Both the position numbers and the translations under genes were made by a program. 64,000 nt of DNA from Escherichia phage ECD7. The notes under the pieces were generated by a model. It had not been told where the DNA came from, searched no databases, and was given only the letters and a program-made list of their open reading frames with translations. The DNA is taken from sequence record NC_041936.1; one strand, given 5' to 3'. The stretch's first letter is position 1, and each line of letters starts with the position of its first letter. This document shows positions 1 through 11,174 of the stretch, one piece after another.

Positions 1-92
1 TGACAGTTTAAAGTAAAGCCTTTTGTTAGTTGACCATCTGGAATATTGATCTGCCAGTTGCTAGGGTTAGCATAGTTAAAGAGATTAGACAT
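1..92 (-). CDS. hypothetical protein, 5' end only (first 30 codons; continues beyond window start); possibly tail completion protein gp3 by position
   Basis: ATG at 92..90 with GAGGA Shine-Dalgarno 8 nt upstream; frame open to position 1. Confidence 0.3.
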   Translation of the reverse strand, partial: MSNLFNYANPSNWQINIPDGQLTKGFTLNC

Positions 93-168
93 TACTGATT
101 CCTCAAATGAAAATATTTATTAACAATTGTCGCTTTGCGACGTGCCGGAGGCACTGACTACTTTTTAA

Positions 169-214
169 CCGAAACAAATTTTCTATTATTCTAAAGATCT
201 TTCTTCGTTTTGGT
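169..214. repeat. intergenic repeat copy A (exact 24-mer ttctaaagatctttcttcgttttg at 189..212 shared with copy C)
   Basis: Direct sequence comparison with 37544..37603 and 37703..37752. Confidence 0.7.
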
Positions 215-282
215 TATGTTTTAACCAATAACTATATTTTTATACAGTAATAAATAAAACGGGTACTATACGAGGACTTCTT

Positions 283-537
283 ATGACAGAAGACATTTTG
301 TTAAAACTCTATGATCGTCTGGATAACGAATTGGCAACATTGCGGGGTGAAGTTCTCTATTTGTCTAAATGCAATACAGATCTGCTTAAGCAGATTGCAG
401 AAAGGGATGATCAAATAAAATCCCTTTCAGGTGCATTACGTGATCGCGACAAGGCATTAGAGATTTTACAGCGTGTTACCAATAAGGAAGAATTAAAAGA
501 CTTCTTACATGGTTATGCTCATGCCATCGATCTATAA
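283..537 (+). CDS. hypothetical small protein (84 aa, predicted coiled coil)
   Basis: ORF with heptad-like charged/leucine pattern; followed by hairpin 544..562. Confidence 0.45.
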   Translation: MTEDILLKLYDRLDNELATLRGEVLYLSKCNTDLLKQIAERDDQIKSLSGALRDRDKALEILQRVTNKEELKDFLHGYAHAIDL

Positions 538-543
538 TAAAAA

Positions 544-562
544 AGCCCGTCAATGACGGGCT
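544..562. terminator. bidirectional hairpin terminator (agcccgtca-a-tgacgggct) flanked by A-run and T-rich tract
   Basis: Perfect 9-bp inverted repeat between convergent ORFs 283..537 and 568..1602; similar hairpin at 43141..43159. Confidence 0.5.
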
Positions 563-567
563 TAATT

Positions 568-1602
568 TTAATATGTATCAGCTAATTTAATTATGTTATC
601 AAGTTCCGTGATTGGTAAAGTTTCTGTGTATCCATCTTTCAACATGGATTTATCAACAACGCCACAATGATAAGTTCTCTTTATTTCCTTTTCAAGTTCC
701 CACGGAATCCAGCCATCAACACTTTGTTTGACGTAAACAAGTTTGTGAACAAACTTAGATTTCTGCATATGTTGTTTCATTCTGGTTTCCGGTAATTCAT
801 TGGTTACACCAAACTTTATAAATTTATCATCTAACGTCTGGATATAAAAATATCCCATCTCAGATGGACGATAGCCAGAAGAACTACATTTCGGACACCC
901 TTTAGCATTTCTGTTGAACGTACAATATCTTACAGAAAATTCTGCGTCATGTTTTGTACATTTAAGTTTTATCCATGAATTTGCAGTACCTATCCATTCA
1001 CCATCGACACCTATATATTCATACCCTAACTTTTTACATTTATCTTCTATTCTAGATAGTGCATCTTCCACGGGAACGACATATTCCGTCTTAAATTGTT
1101 CAGCCGCACATTTCTTACAACCACATGTACCATGATTTTTAAAATCAAAGAACTTTGTATTCTTCCAAATGTGGTCATGTTTCTTGCATCTAAGAATCAT
1201 CTTAGTAATTTGTGATTTCCAGCCACCAACAAATCCCAAAAATTCATAATCAAGATCTTTACATTTTTCTTCAATGAATTTGGTTGCTTCCTCTTCTGTC
1301 ATAACTCCCCTACATTGAGGGCAACCAACAATAACCTTTTTAGCATAGAAACTATTACTGGAAACATCATAGACAGTTCCATGCTTATTGCATTGGATAA
1401 CAGATCTAGTCAATTTTCCTTTCCATTCTCCAGAAAATCCTAAGAATGTATGGTCGACAAGTTTACATCTTTCAATAACTTTATCCGCAAATTCTCTAGG
1501 AGATTTTGTTACCTTGTTTACTCTGTATTCTATTTCTTCCGGTTGACGAAGATAATAAACGTGGGGATTGCTCCCCACGGAATTAATATTAATATTAAGC
1601 AT
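568..1602 (-). CDS. protein with three tandem Cys-rich (putative zinc-ribbon) repeats and a C-terminal GIY-YIG-like domain (344 aa from ATG 1602)
   Basis: Three ~60-aa repeats each with conserved W, C-x-KH and GCPxC/CGCxxC motifs; C-terminus GYFYIQ...KFGVT...R..H...E resembles GIY-YIG/T5orf172-type domain; start at 1602 has AGGAAGG SD and overlaps gene 2 stop; longer track ORF to 1704 overlaps gene 2 by 110 nt. Confidence 0.55.
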   Translation of the reverse strand: MLNININSVGSNPHVYYLRQPEEIEYRVNKVTKSPREFADKVIERCKLVDHTFLGFSGEWKGKLTRSVIQCNKHGTVYDVSSNSFYAKKVIVGCPQCRGVMTEEEATKFIEEKCKDLDYEFLGFVGGWKSQITKMILRCKKHDHIWKNTKFFDFKNHGTCGCKKCAAEQFKTEYVVPVEDALSRIEDKCKKLGYEYIGVDGEWIGTANSWIKLKCTKHDAEFSVRYCTFNRNAKGCPKCSSSGYRPSEMGYFYIQTLDDKFIKFGVTNELPETRMKQHMQKSKFVHKLVYVKQSVDGWIPWELEKEIKRTYHCGVVDKSMLKDGYTETLPITELDNIIKLADTY

Positions 1603-2416
1603 CCTTCCACACCTTCCTTGCATCATAGTTTTTACCTTTAGAAACAAATTTATATGTGTTAAGGTAGATAATATTGCTCCAGTCTTTCGGGCTAATCTCA
1701 ACAAGTTTTGTTTTAATGTGTCCAGGTAGATATGCTTTGATCATGTGGTCACTACCACGCATACCTTTTACATCGCTCCATTTGATTTTTAAGCGTGTTT
1801 TATTGCTCAAGGTAGGAGTAGATGCATATTGCTTTAAAAGTGCCTCTAAAAACTGCTGACGGGCTTTAGGCGTTACATAGTGTAAGTTAAGACCCAGCAT
1901 TACAGTATTACCCGCCTTTGTCTTAGAATCACCCAGACAAATGATCAGCGGGAAAACATCCCAATATGGCAAAGTGTCTTTATACTTCGCATCATACATA
2001 AAGGTATAGATTCGCCCTACTTGCGGTTTTACAATCTGGTGTCCCTTTATTCCCGCTTTTATTGTTTTAGTAAACCACTCCTGTGATTTTTCTTTAGGGC
2101 GACTCTTTGATACAGCACGCATAGACGCACGAAAATCATTAATCATCATCATTGCGCGTTGCTGCTTATTGAGACCCTTTGCGCCTTTCCCTTTTAGTTT
2201 TTCAACTTCTATTGCTGTTTTAATTTCGCTGGCATAACGAGACATACTTTTAGTGAAAGTCGCATAGGCTATTCCCTTAGAATCTGCAAATGCTTTAGCT
2301 GTCATTCCTTTGGCTTTTGCTTTCGCAAATTCTACACCCAATTCGACCCACTGTTTAGACTTTCTTTTTTGGGGAGACGGCTTTTCGTCTTCTGTGATTA
2401 TTTCAAATACGCTCAT
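1595..2416 (-). CDS. 2: DNA end protector protein gp2
   Basis: 273 aa, length and position (between 4 and downstream genes) as in T4; basic protein. Confidence 0.7.
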   Translation of the reverse strand: MSVFEIITEDEKPSPQKRKSKQWVELGVEFAKAKAKGMTAKAFADSKGIAYATFTKSMSRYASEIKTAIEVEKLKGKGAKGLNKQQRAMMMINDFRASMRAVSKSRPKEKSQEWFTKTIKAGIKGHQIVKPQVGRIYTFMYDAKYKDTLPYWDVFPLIICLGDSKTKAGNTVMLGLNLHYVTPKARQQFLEALLKQYASTPTLSNKTRLKIKWSDVKGMRGSDHMIKAYLPGHIKTKLVEISPKDWSNIIYLNTYKFVSKGKNYDARKVWKDA

Positions 2417-2427
2417 AATATTATCCT

Positions 2428-2901
2428 CTATTTGTTAAGCCCTTTAAAGCCAAACACTTTCTTTAATGCATGTTCGGTTATGATCTTAAACTCCATGTTA
2501 TGCTTTTGGCATAATTTCACGGCAGCTAACCATTTTTCAGTATTTTTTGTGTACGTCCATACTTCATGCATATATCGTTGCTTTGTCTTCGCGGTCATTC
2601 TTTTTGGCTTTTCCGGTGGCCTTGTCTCTTTAGCTGGTTTAACTTCCCATAAATGCTCCTTGCCATCATCAAACTTAACGTAAAAATCCATAAAGTATCT
2701 GTGTCTTTTCCCGTCTGTTGATGACTCATAAGGAATTACTACGGTCTCAGATCCCCATTTTGCAACTCTAGGATTGCGGTCTAGCCACTGCATGATCCAT
2801 CTTTCCCAGCTTGAACGGTATGTGATCTTACGTATATCCCCTTTATACTTTTCCTTATTCTCAGGAACATACTTGCCCTTATAAGTGTTAGATCCTCCCA
2901 T
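2428..2901 (-). CDS. 4: head completion protein gp4
   Basis: 157 aa, divergent from gene 53 as in T4. Confidence 0.65.
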   Translation of the reverse strand: MGGSNTYKGKYVPENKEKYKGDIRKITYRSSWERWIMQWLDRNPRVAKWGSETVVIPYESSTDGKRHRYFMDFYVKFDDGKEHLWEVKPAKETRPPEKPKRMTAKTKQRYMHEVWTYTKNTEKWLAAVKLCQKHNMEFKIITEHALKKVFGFKGLNK

Positions 2902-2916
2902 TTTAGCACCCTTTAT

Positions 2917-2924
2917 TATAAATA
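2917..2924 (+). promoter_or_regulatory. T4-type late promoter TATAAATA upstream of gene 53
   Basis: Exact TATAAATA 33 nt upstream of ATG 2957. Confidence 0.55.
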
Positions 2925-2956
2925 CATAATACTATTTATCAATTGAGGGTGATAAA

Positions 2957-3511
2957 ATGCTCTTTTCTTTCTTCCCTGCCATTGAATACAACGGCAAGAT
3001 GATTACTGACATTGTGCGCAATTACCGCGCATATTTCAACGCAATAATTTCTGATTATAACATACAAACATATTACATTCAAGGTAGTCCACGACCGGAA
3101 CAAGTTGCATATGAAGTATACGGAAACCAACAACTTTATTGGATCTTGCTGATGCTTAATGACGTATACGATCCGTTCCATGACTGGATCACCGATCAAG
3201 AGACAGCATATGAATCAGCCGAACAACGATATGCAAATGTAGGAGGAAATCAAGTATTATACCACGTTGATATTGACGGAAACAAGTATTGGAATCTTAC
3301 CGAATATCCGAAAGGATCAAGCAATTGGTATGATAAAGGGGATATTCATCACCGTCATTTGCAGTTTCAGGGTGCATTATCGGCAGTAGACACACTGGAA
3401 GATGCGATCCTCCGTAATGAGGAACGACGCAAGATCAAGATCATAGATCCTACACAAATTAAACAATTTATTAACGCATTCATTCGAGAAATGGAAAAGG
3501 CTGATGTGTAA
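2957..3511 (+). CDS. 53: baseplate wedge protein gp53
   Basis: 184 aa, synteny immediately upstream of gene 5. Confidence 0.75.
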   Translation: MLFSFFPAIEYNGKMITDIVRNYRAYFNAIISDYNIQTYYIQGSPRPEQVAYEVYGNQQLYWILLMLNDVYDPFHDWITDQETAYESAEQRYANVGGNQVLYHVDIDGNKYWNLTEYPKGSSNWYDKGDIHHRHLQFQGALSAVDTLEDAILRNEERRKIKIIDPTQIKQFINAFIREMEKADV

Positions 3512-3522
3512 GGTGATTAATT

Positions 3523-5322
3523 ATGCTAATGTTTAATAACTCCGTTAAATGGTTTACCGGAATTGTAGAAAACAGGGAAGACCCATTAATGCTGGGGCGT
3601 GTTCAGGTTAGGATTCATGGTATACATCCCTCGCTATCCGCACACGGTGACATTCAAGGTCTTCCAACCGAAGATCTATTATGGATTACGCCAGTACAAG
3701 ATATTACAAGCGCGGCGATCTCCGGTATAGGTCAAAGCCCTACTGGTATTGTTGAAGGTTCAATGGTATTTGGTTTGGCTTTAGATGAACGCTATTTAAA
3801 CTGCGTTATTCTGGGTACTATTGCCGGACAATATACAGAGAAACCACTCACTACAGAGGGTTTTTGCGACCCTTCTGGTGCATATCCTCGTTATATTGGT
3901 AATGATGTTAATATTCTTGCTCGTGGCGGTATTAACCCAGAAACCGGACAAACAACAAAACCTGATAGTGTCTATATTCGAGATGAAAACACTGGAGTTG
4001 CAGTAAATCCAGACGACGAGCCATTAGACCAAATTCCGGTTGATGATAATCCTGATTTTACAATCGAAAAAATGCTGCGGGGCGATGAGGGATATCGCGA
4101 GAAATGGTATCTTGATTCAGAAGGATATCCGACAATAGGCATCGGGCATTTGATCATTTATAAGAAAACCAGTGATCTGGGTATTATCAATAATGAACTT
4201 TCTAAGCTGGTAGGGCGTGAAGTTACAAACGGAAGACTTACCGCCGAAGAAGTTAGTAAAGTATTTGCCGACGATATAGAAAAGACTCGTCGTGATATGC
4301 GCAAGCATCCACGAATTGCACCTGTCTATAATAAATGTAATGCCTCACGTCGTATGGCATTAGAAAATATGGCGTTTCAAATGGGTGTTGGTGGATTGGG
4401 TAAATTTAAGAATAGTCTTGCTGCGATGTTAGCGGAAGAATGGAAACAAGCCTATGATGGATTACGTCAATCTGTATGGGCTAACCAAACTCCAGGACGA
4501 TCCAGCCGTGTTTCTAAAATTATTCTGACTGGTAACTTAGAATCATATGGCGTAATTGCTCCAAAGAAAGAGGAATCAATTTCGGATGACCCGCGAGCAC
4601 GTTTGAGAAATGCCCGTATTGCTGCCTATAAGACGCAGAGAGCAGAAGAAGACCCAGAAGCACCGTTTACCCCACAAGACACACGAATCATGTTTAAAGA
4701 GCCTAAGAGTTCGTATTCTGCGAGGTATCCTTATAACCATGTTTACGAGTCAGAGAGCGGTCATATTATCGAGATTGATGATACTCCTTCTCATGAGCGT
4801 TATCACCGCAAACATCCTTCTGGTACATTTGAAGAAACCAGACCGGACGGAACGAGGGTAGAAAAGATTGAAGGCGATGATTATCTGATCGTTAAACAAG
4901 GCCGGAAAGTAAACGTTAAGGGTAATTTGCAAGTTGTTGTTGAAGGTGACGCGCAAGTTTATTATATGGGTAATGTGATGCAAACCGTTGATGGTAACGT
5001 CACGGAATTTATTCGTGGCAATGTTAATCAGACCGTTGAAGGCACTGCTAACATGCATGTTGTAGGTGATGTTACCGCTCAGCTTGACGCTAATTTGACG
5101 GCTAATGTCAAGGGTAATGCTGAATTAATGATCGAGGGTAACACTACAGAGACAATTAAAGGTAACTATGATTTAACCGTTGAGGGTAATTTTAATATGA
5201 CCGTCAATGGCACTAAATCAGATCAGGTTAATGGTGATTGGTCCCGTAATTGTGGTGCAAGCGTTAAAGATATTGCATCTGGTACAGTTAAAATTGATGG
5301 TAGCCGTATTGATCTTGGGTGA
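3523..5322 (+). CDS. 5: baseplate hub/central spike protein gp5 with lysozyme domain
   Basis: 599 aa; N-terminal OB-like region, T4-lysozyme-like segment (DEGYREKWYLDSEGYPTIGIGH), C-terminal VxGxxxxxx beta-helix repeats. Confidence 0.9.
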   Translation: MLMFNNSVKWFTGIVENREDPLMLGRVQVRIHGIHPSLSAHGDIQGLPTEDLLWITPVQDITSAAISGIGQSPTGIVEGSMVFGLALDERYLNCVILGTIAGQYTEKPLTTEGFCDPSGAYPRYIGNDVNILARGGINPETGQTTKPDSVYIRDENTGVAVNPDDEPLDQIPVDDNPDFTIEKMLRGDEGYREKWYLDSEGYPTIGIGHLIIYKKTSDLGIINNELSKLVGREVTNGRLTAEEVSKVFADDIEKTRRDMRKHPRIAPVYNKCNASRRMALENMAFQMGVGGLGKFKNSLAAMLAEEWKQAYDGLRQSVWANQTPGRSSRVSKIILTGNLESYGVIAPKKEESISDDPRARLRNARIAAYKTQRAEEDPEAPFTPQDTRIMFKEPKSSYSARYPYNHVYESESGHIIEIDDTPSHERYHRKHPSGTFEETRPDGTRVEKIEGDDYLIVKQGRKVNVKGNLQVVVEGDAQVYYMGNVMQTVDGNVTEFIRGNVNQTVEGTANMHVVGDVTAQLDANLTANVKGNAELMIEGNTTETIKGNYDLTVEGNFNMTVNGTKSDQVNGDWSRNCGASVKDIASGTVKIDGSRIDLG

Positions 5323-5330
5323 GGTAACTA

Positions 5331-5897
5331 ATGGTTGAAATTCTTCCGATGAGTTCAAAATTGGAGGATATCAGCGAGCGAGAAATCTTTGAGGTGGTGT
5401 TCTCTTATAAAGCAACGCCACCGGATGCAAATACCACATACACGATTAAAGAGTTTAAGATCAGCGAGTATCGCCCTAATAAGGGCGTTACCGTTGAAGA
5501 AACTAAAATATCTGGTGAGTATCTGGATAGTTTTTCGCTTGGCGCGGATTCTCTTAAATATATAACGAAAGATCGAATTAAAAAATCTGCCGGAAGTTTT
5601 GATGATTTACCAGATCCAACTACCGCAGATCTATATTATTTTAACGCTCCTACACATCTACAGGAGGTTTATACTTATAAAGTAACCCTAACCTATATCC
5701 AATCTGTTTCAGAGTCTTCTGGGGGGTCTGGTGAAGGAAATAGTGGTGGTTCCAATAGCCGAGAGGGTGCTGGTGAAACTAATCCGCCTCCGGTAGTAAC
5801 CGAGCACACAATAGAGAAAGTTTATACTCAAACCGTTTTTGGAAATTGGGATGTGTGGAGTAAACAGTTAAGAGATTATGTACATAGGGGTGTTTAA
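5331..5897 (+). CDS. hypothetical protein gp5.1-like
   Basis: 188-aa ORF between genes 5 and 5.4; position only. Confidence 0.5.
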   Translation: MVEILPMSSKLEDISEREIFEVVFSYKATPPDANTTYTIKEFKISEYRPNKGVTVEETKISGEYLDSFSLGADSLKYITKDRIKKSAGSFDDLPDPTTADLYYFNAPTHLQEVYTYKVTLTYIQSVSESSGGSGEGNSGGSNSREGAGETNPPPVVTEHTIEKVYTQTVFGNWDVWSKQLRDYVHRGV

Positions 5898-6190
5898 TGG
5901 CTGGATTATCCTACGATAAAGCTAAAACTACAGGGCACGGAAACTACCCACCTACGGTAATTAATGCAACTCAATCTAAGGTATTTGTTGAGGGTATCCC
6001 TGTATTAGTCGAAGGAGACCCAATTACACCACACACAAAAACAACAAAGCCTTATGATACACACGGGGGAACTACGGTCGCCAGTACCCCGAAAGTATTT
6101 GTTACCGGAAAGAAAGCAATTCAAATGGCAGATCGTATTAGCTGTGGCGATACCGTCGCTATGGCATCACCGAAGGTATTCATAAAATGA
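5897..6190 (+). CDS. 5.4: PAAR-repeat spike tip protein gp5.4
   Basis: 97 aa, PAAR-like composition, coupled to flanking genes (TAATG/ATGA overlaps). Confidence 0.75.
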   Translation: MAGLSYDKAKTTGHGNYPPTVINATQSKVFVEGIPVLVEGDPITPHTKTTKPYDTHGGTTVASTPKVFVTGKKAIQMADRISCGDTVAMASPKVFIK

Positions 6191-8091
6191 CAAAGCAAAA
6201 GATTACACAAATTCCTGATATTTTTAATGCTGCTACATTCGATGAAATTAAAAGCGCATTAACAGACTGGATGAGAAACCAGGAAGAATTTAAAGATTTT
6301 GATTTTAATGGTGCTGGTATTAACGTATTGATGGACTTGCTCGCATATAATACCCTTTATATTCAGCAATTCGCCAACGCCGCGCTATATGAATCTTTTA
6401 TCAGAACGGCAATTAAGCGTAGTTCAGTTGTTCAAGCCGCGCAAGATTTAGGATATTTGCCAGCGAGCAAAACGAGTGCATCGACTACAATTATGTTGCA
6501 TGTATCACATCCGCGAAATCCGGCAAGTATTCGAATCCCACGAGGAACTAAATTTATTGCAAGTGTGGATCGCCAGACGTCTTATCCGTTTGTGACTACA
6601 GAAGACGTTGTGAGCGTTTTAGGTTCAAATGGTTTATATACGCCTATGCTTAAAGTCGCACAAGGTCGTATTGTTCGTACAGAAATGTTATTTGATCCGA
6701 AGAAACAAATTCTGATCCGTGATCCTGATATTGACCGCGCTCAGGTTAAGTTGTGGGTAGACGGTGCTGAATGGAAAGACTGGACGCGAGAAAGTATTGT
6801 TAATGCAACTGGCGCTAGTAATATTTTCTATCTGCGTGAAACCGTAGACGGACATACTGAAATTTTCTTTGGTGAGGGTGAATCAACTTTATCTGCTGCT
6901 GGCGGTGCACTGGAAGCAAATTATATTGGTGGACTTAAGCCGTCAACTGGCGCTAATATTGTTATTGAATATATCAGCACTAAGGGCGCGGAAGCAAACG
7001 GTTCAGTTAATTTCACATACGCGGATACCCTTGCATCTATCTCTATTGTTAAAATTATTGAGAATCCGACAAATGATCGTGATTATGTCGGTGCAGATGG
7101 TGGTGGTGATCCTGAATCAATCGAACGTATTCGTGAACTTGCTCCGGTAATGCGTGAATCTCAGCGTCGTTGTGTAACTGCGTCCGACTATGAGGCTTTT
7201 GTATCTAGCCGTTTTGGTAGTATTGTTCAGGCGGTACAATGTTTCACCGACCGAGAAAAACCGGGTTATGCTTTTGTTGCTGTTAAGCCTAAATCTGGCT
7301 TGCGCTTGACAACTGTTCAAAAAGAAGATATGCGGGATTATCTGGCAAAATATAATCTTGCCCCTATCACTCCGAGCATCATTGACCCTAACTATCTGTA
7401 TATTAAACAGAATATTAAAGTTTCCTATTCAATCAATGACTTGTCAGAATCAGAGCAGTGGTTGCGCGGTGCGGTTATTGATCAGATTGATGCATATTAT
7501 ACCGACGAAGTGGAAATTTTTAACCAGACCTTTAGTAAGTCTAAAATGCTTGCGCGTATTGACAAAGCTGATGTATCTGTGATAGGTTCTAGTGCAGAAA
7601 TAGAGATGGTGCGAGAGATCGACAACTTCTATAAAGCACCGATGGCTGGAATCAAGTTTTTAAACCAGTATAAGAGCGGAATCAAGTCTAGTTCATTCAA
7701 CTTCGAAAAGGACGACAAGCAATATCCAATCCATTATGTAAGTACAGAAATGAACAAAGAATCCGGTTTAGCTAAATTGCTGGTTGGACCTTTCCCTGTT
7801 GATTCTACAATCGCTTTACCGCACTATTCCGGCACTGATTTTGATAAAGAGGTTATCGACGGTGCGGACCTATACTTTGAGGTTGGAGAGGTTCAGCATT
7901 ATGACGACCTTATTTCATGGGATCTGGGTAAACTGAATATCAATAGCGATCGCTTTACTGGTTCATATATTGAGTTGACAGCTAAACCGATTGCTGATAA
8001 CATCTTTACTAAAGACGGTTCTTTGATCGTGTTTGAAAACGATCTCCGTCCTCAGTACACAACTATTAGTCTGGAGGCAATTGCTCAATGA
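6187..8091 (+). CDS. 6: baseplate wedge protein gp6
   Basis: 634 aa, synteny 5-6-7-8. Confidence 0.85.
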   Translation: MTKQKITQIPDIFNAATFDEIKSALTDWMRNQEEFKDFDFNGAGINVLMDLLAYNTLYIQQFANAALYESFIRTAIKRSSVVQAAQDLGYLPASKTSASTTIMLHVSHPRNPASIRIPRGTKFIASVDRQTSYPFVTTEDVVSVLGSNGLYTPMLKVAQGRIVRTEMLFDPKKQILIRDPDIDRAQVKLWVDGAEWKDWTRESIVNATGASNIFYLRETVDGHTEIFFGEGESTLSAAGGALEANYIGGLKPSTGANIVIEYISTKGAEANGSVNFTYADTLASISIVKIIENPTNDRDYVGADGGGDPESIERIRELAPVMRESQRRCVTASDYEAFVSSRFGSIVQAVQCFTDREKPGYAFVAVKPKSGLRLTTVQKEDMRDYLAKYNLAPITPSIIDPNYLYIKQNIKVSYSINDLSESEQWLRGAVIDQIDAYYTDEVEIFNQTFSKSKMLARIDKADVSVIGSSAEIEMVREIDNFYKAPMAGIKFLNQYKSGIKSSSFNFEKDDKQYPIHYVSTEMNKESGLAKLLVGPFPVDSTIALPHYSGTDFDKEVIDGADLYFEVGEVQHYDDLISWDLGKLNINSDRFTGSYIELTAKPIADNIFTKDGSLIVFENDLRPQYTTISLEAIAQ

Positions 8092-11000
8092 TTAAAGCGC
8101 CTAGTGTAACTAGCTTGACAATAGAAAAATTGTCTGCTAATCAGGCGTATATCACATGGGATGACGTAGGCGAAAACTTCTTTTATTTTGTGGAGTTAGC
8201 CGAAACCAGAACGCGAGACGGGGAGATCATCCCCGTCGATGAGTTAAGCTGGGTAAACCTGGGATATACTGCCGATCAAAACTGGTTTGAGGATAAAAAC
8301 CTTTTTCCAGAATATTATTACAAGTTTCGTGTAGCAGTAGCCGCAGAAGGATTTGAACAAAGTAAATGGGTTGAGACAGAAGAGTTTCAGACATTTAAAA
8401 CAAACGCATATAATTTTTCTATGATGCGAGAGTTCAACCTTGCAAACGAGTTTATAAAGGAAAAATTTACATACGATAATCGAGAGTATGTCAAGTTTAA
8501 TACTGACCTGATTCAAGCATCATTGATGAAGGAAGATTTTGTCTTTAGTCCTGAATATGCAAACATGACAAATATCTCAAACTACATTGTAGTTGATGAG
8601 AACTTTCATGAAATACAGGATCACATAGAAAAAGTTTGTACTGATATAAACCGCACAATGTTAGCGGAAATGAACGGTGTTTTGTACCTTTTCGAACGGT
8701 TCCAGCCGATCGTGAAAGTGTCAAATGATAAAGGTCAATCATGGAAAGCATACAAGGCTTTTAATGATCGTGTAGGCAATCCGGTTTCCCGCACATGCGT
8801 TTATCAGTCTAAAACCACTACTTACGTTTTAGGATATGACCGAATCTTTTACGGACGACAAGCTAGCGATACTCGATGGAGCGCGGACGATGTTCGATTT
8901 AGTGATGATACGATCACTTTTGCAAAGGTTGGTGACGAGAACGATTTAGGCTTTGATGTTGAGGTCTTTGGTGTATTTTCCAGATTAACAGGTGATACCA
9001 CAAAATACGCCGAAGCTATGGCGTGCAGTGATGACTATTTGTGGGTTGGTGCTAAAGATGTTATTCGCCGGATTCGTCTTAAGAATACTCCTGTTGATAC
9101 CGTACAGGGTTCGCCTACGTTTGGAGAAAAAATATTCGATCCTGATGTTATACGAGTAACAGGAAATGATAAAGCTGTCATTCAGAAAATGGATGTGATC
9201 GACGGTAAATTGCTTGTATTTGTTACGGGTGAAGTTAAACAGCGTTATCAAGATCCAACTAAACCAGAAAACGTTGTTCCGTCAGATGATGCGGGTGTAT
9301 ACTTAATAGGGAGTGATGGTCTGTCTTTTCAGAGAGTATTTGGCAACACTCCGCAGGAAAGGGAATATATTCAGCACGGGTTCAGTAATATGTCAACCAA
9401 TGGTGATGAGGTGTTCATAAGCCATTATAATCATCACTTCGAAAGCATTTTACCTGATCCAGAAACTGCCGCAAAATATGAATTAGGCGAAGCTGTAAAA
9501 TATTCTCAGGAGCCAACTTATCTAACTGATAAGAAAATACATCAAACTACTTTCAGAGCAAGTTATGATGATTTGCGTATTTGGGAGTTAGGACCGCAAG
9601 CGTATTATAACGAGGCTGATTATACATGGATGCGTCGAAACGGTGTCCGTGTGTGGATCACAAATGATAATCGCCCGTTGGTTGTTTATCCAGAGGTTGT
9701 CTATACTCAAGAAGTTGATACATCTGGCATTCTTGACCAAAATAGGGTTAACCGAGAAGTTTATGATAAAGGGACCGTGACCTGTTATCTTAACAATGTT
9801 AAATTTGAAGGATTCAAACAATATGCATCCGGTGTAATGTTCCATAAAAACACAGGAGAGATCATTGGATTCTATCAATTTAATTATCGTGTTCGTGATC
9901 AGGTTGGTGTATATTGGAAACCTACAAATGTAGCATTTGTTGCTGAATTGCAAAATCAGGTTAGAGAGGTTCCCTGGGTTCCGGTTCACTACGATCGAGA
10001 GCAAGATCCAGATTTGCGGCCTTTACTGAATAAGATGACCCCTGATAGCTTTTTACTTGAGAACGAAAATTTCAGAAAATTCTCTGAATATTATCTGCAA
10101 TTCTTAAGCGATGGTTCAGGAACATATTATAATAAACTAAAAAATCTGATTAAAAACAAATATCCACGCGAGAAAGATGCATATGAGTATCTTTGGTCAG
10201 AGATGAACAAACGAAACATCTATGCAGATAAAAACAAGCGAGATGCGGTAGTAAGATTCTTTGAATCCCGCAAATCAGATTTTTATTCCACTAAGGGCGT
10301 GGAGGCTTCTTATAAGTTCTTGTTTAAGTTACTTTATAATGAAGATGTGGAAATTGAGGTTGAATCACAAGCCGGACTAGAGTATGATATTGTTGTTAGT
10401 TCAACGAACATTGACGAGGATATCGTAGGTCGCACGATTTATACTCCAACCGGACGGGCTAACGTGACGTATCTTGAAAGGGAATATGAAGGTGGTCGCC
10501 TACGCTGGCGAGTAACCATTCATAACCTGATCGGGCGGTTCGAAGAAGGTCAAGTGATCAAATCAGAGAAAACAGCGTTTGAAGGGATGATCCTTGTTGG
10601 TGTACGTGGTAAAGAGTTGTTGAGTAGTTCAATCGACTATATCAACCGCTCACGAAGCCAATACACCATGAAGATTAAAAGTGCATTGCCAGTTTCGCGC
10701 TATGCAAATGATGTAATGCGATTCGTTCATCCTGTCGGCTTTGGGTTTATCGGTGTTACCCTGCTTACAATGTTCATTAACAGCGGGTTAAGCATGAAGC
10801 ACACCGAGACTATAATTCAATCTCTGAAAAATTATAAGTTTGACAGCGGATTGCCTAGCGTGTATCCTGATCGGGTGGCAGACCTTGACGTTGACGGAAA
10901 CATTAAGAAAGACCCGCTTACCGGAAAAGCATTATATTTGACTTCACCTTTAATTGGTGAAGAATTTCCGGTTCCTCCTGAATATGATCAGGAGAACAGC

Positions 11001-11174
11001 GAATTGTTCCACGGACTTAAAGCAAGCGAACGAAGATTTGCAATGAGTCCACTGTTTGACCAGTCGGCGGTAACATTCTCTATGTTCCGTGAACTTGTAG
11101 ATAAACGGTTGAAGGATAATATAGGGAATCCACGCGATCCGAAGAATCCGACACAGAGGAAAATTAATGGCTAA
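8088..11174 (+). CDS. 7: baseplate wedge protein gp7
   Basis: 1028 aa (T4 gp7 ~1032 aa), synteny. Confidence 0.85.
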   Translation: MIKAPSVTSLTIEKLSANQAYITWDDVGENFFYFVELAETRTRDGEIIPVDELSWVNLGYTADQNWFEDKNLFPEYYYKFRVAVAAEGFEQSKWVETEEFQTFKTNAYNFSMMREFNLANEFIKEKFTYDNREYVKFNTDLIQASLMKEDFVFSPEYANMTNISNYIVVDENFHEIQDHIEKVCTDINRTMLAEMNGVLYLFERFQPIVKVSNDKGQSWKAYKAFNDRVGNPVSRTCVYQSKTTTYVLGYDRIFYGRQASDTRWSADDVRFSDDTITFAKVGDENDLGFDVEVFGVFSRLTGDTTKYAEAMACSDDYLWVGAKDVIRRIRLKNTPVDTVQGSPTFGEKIFDPDVIRVTGNDKAVIQKMDVIDGKLLVFVTGEVKQRYQDPTKPENVVPSDDAGVYLIGSDGLSFQRVFGNTPQEREYIQHGFSNMSTNGDEVFISHYNHHFESILPDPETAAKYELGEAVKYSQEPTYLTDKKIHQTTFRASYDDLRIWELGPQAYYNEADYTWMRRNGVRVWITNDNRPLVVYPEVVYTQEVDTSGILDQNRVNREVYDKGTVTCYLNNVKFEGFKQYASGVMFHKNTGEIIGFYQFNYRVRDQVGVYWKPTNVAFVAELQNQVREVPWVPVHYDREQDPDLRPLLNKMTPDSFLLENENFRKFSEYYLQFLSDGSGTYYNKLKNLIKNKYPREKDAYEYLWSEMNKRNIYADKNKRDAVVRFFESRKSDFYSTKGVEASYKFLFKLLYNEDVEIEVESQAGLEYDIVVSSTNIDEDIVGRTIYTPTGRANVTYLEREYEGGRLRWRVTIHNLIGRFEEGQVIKSEKTAFEGMILVGVRGKELLSSSIDYINRSRSQYTMKIKSALPVSRYANDVMRFVHPVGFGFIGVTLLTMFINSGLSMKHTETIIQSLKNYKFDSGLPSVYPDRVADLDVDGNIKKDPLTGKALYLTSPLIGEEFPVPPEYDQENSELFHGLKASERRFAMSPLFDQSAVTFSMFRELVDKRLKDNIGNPRDPKNPTQRKING

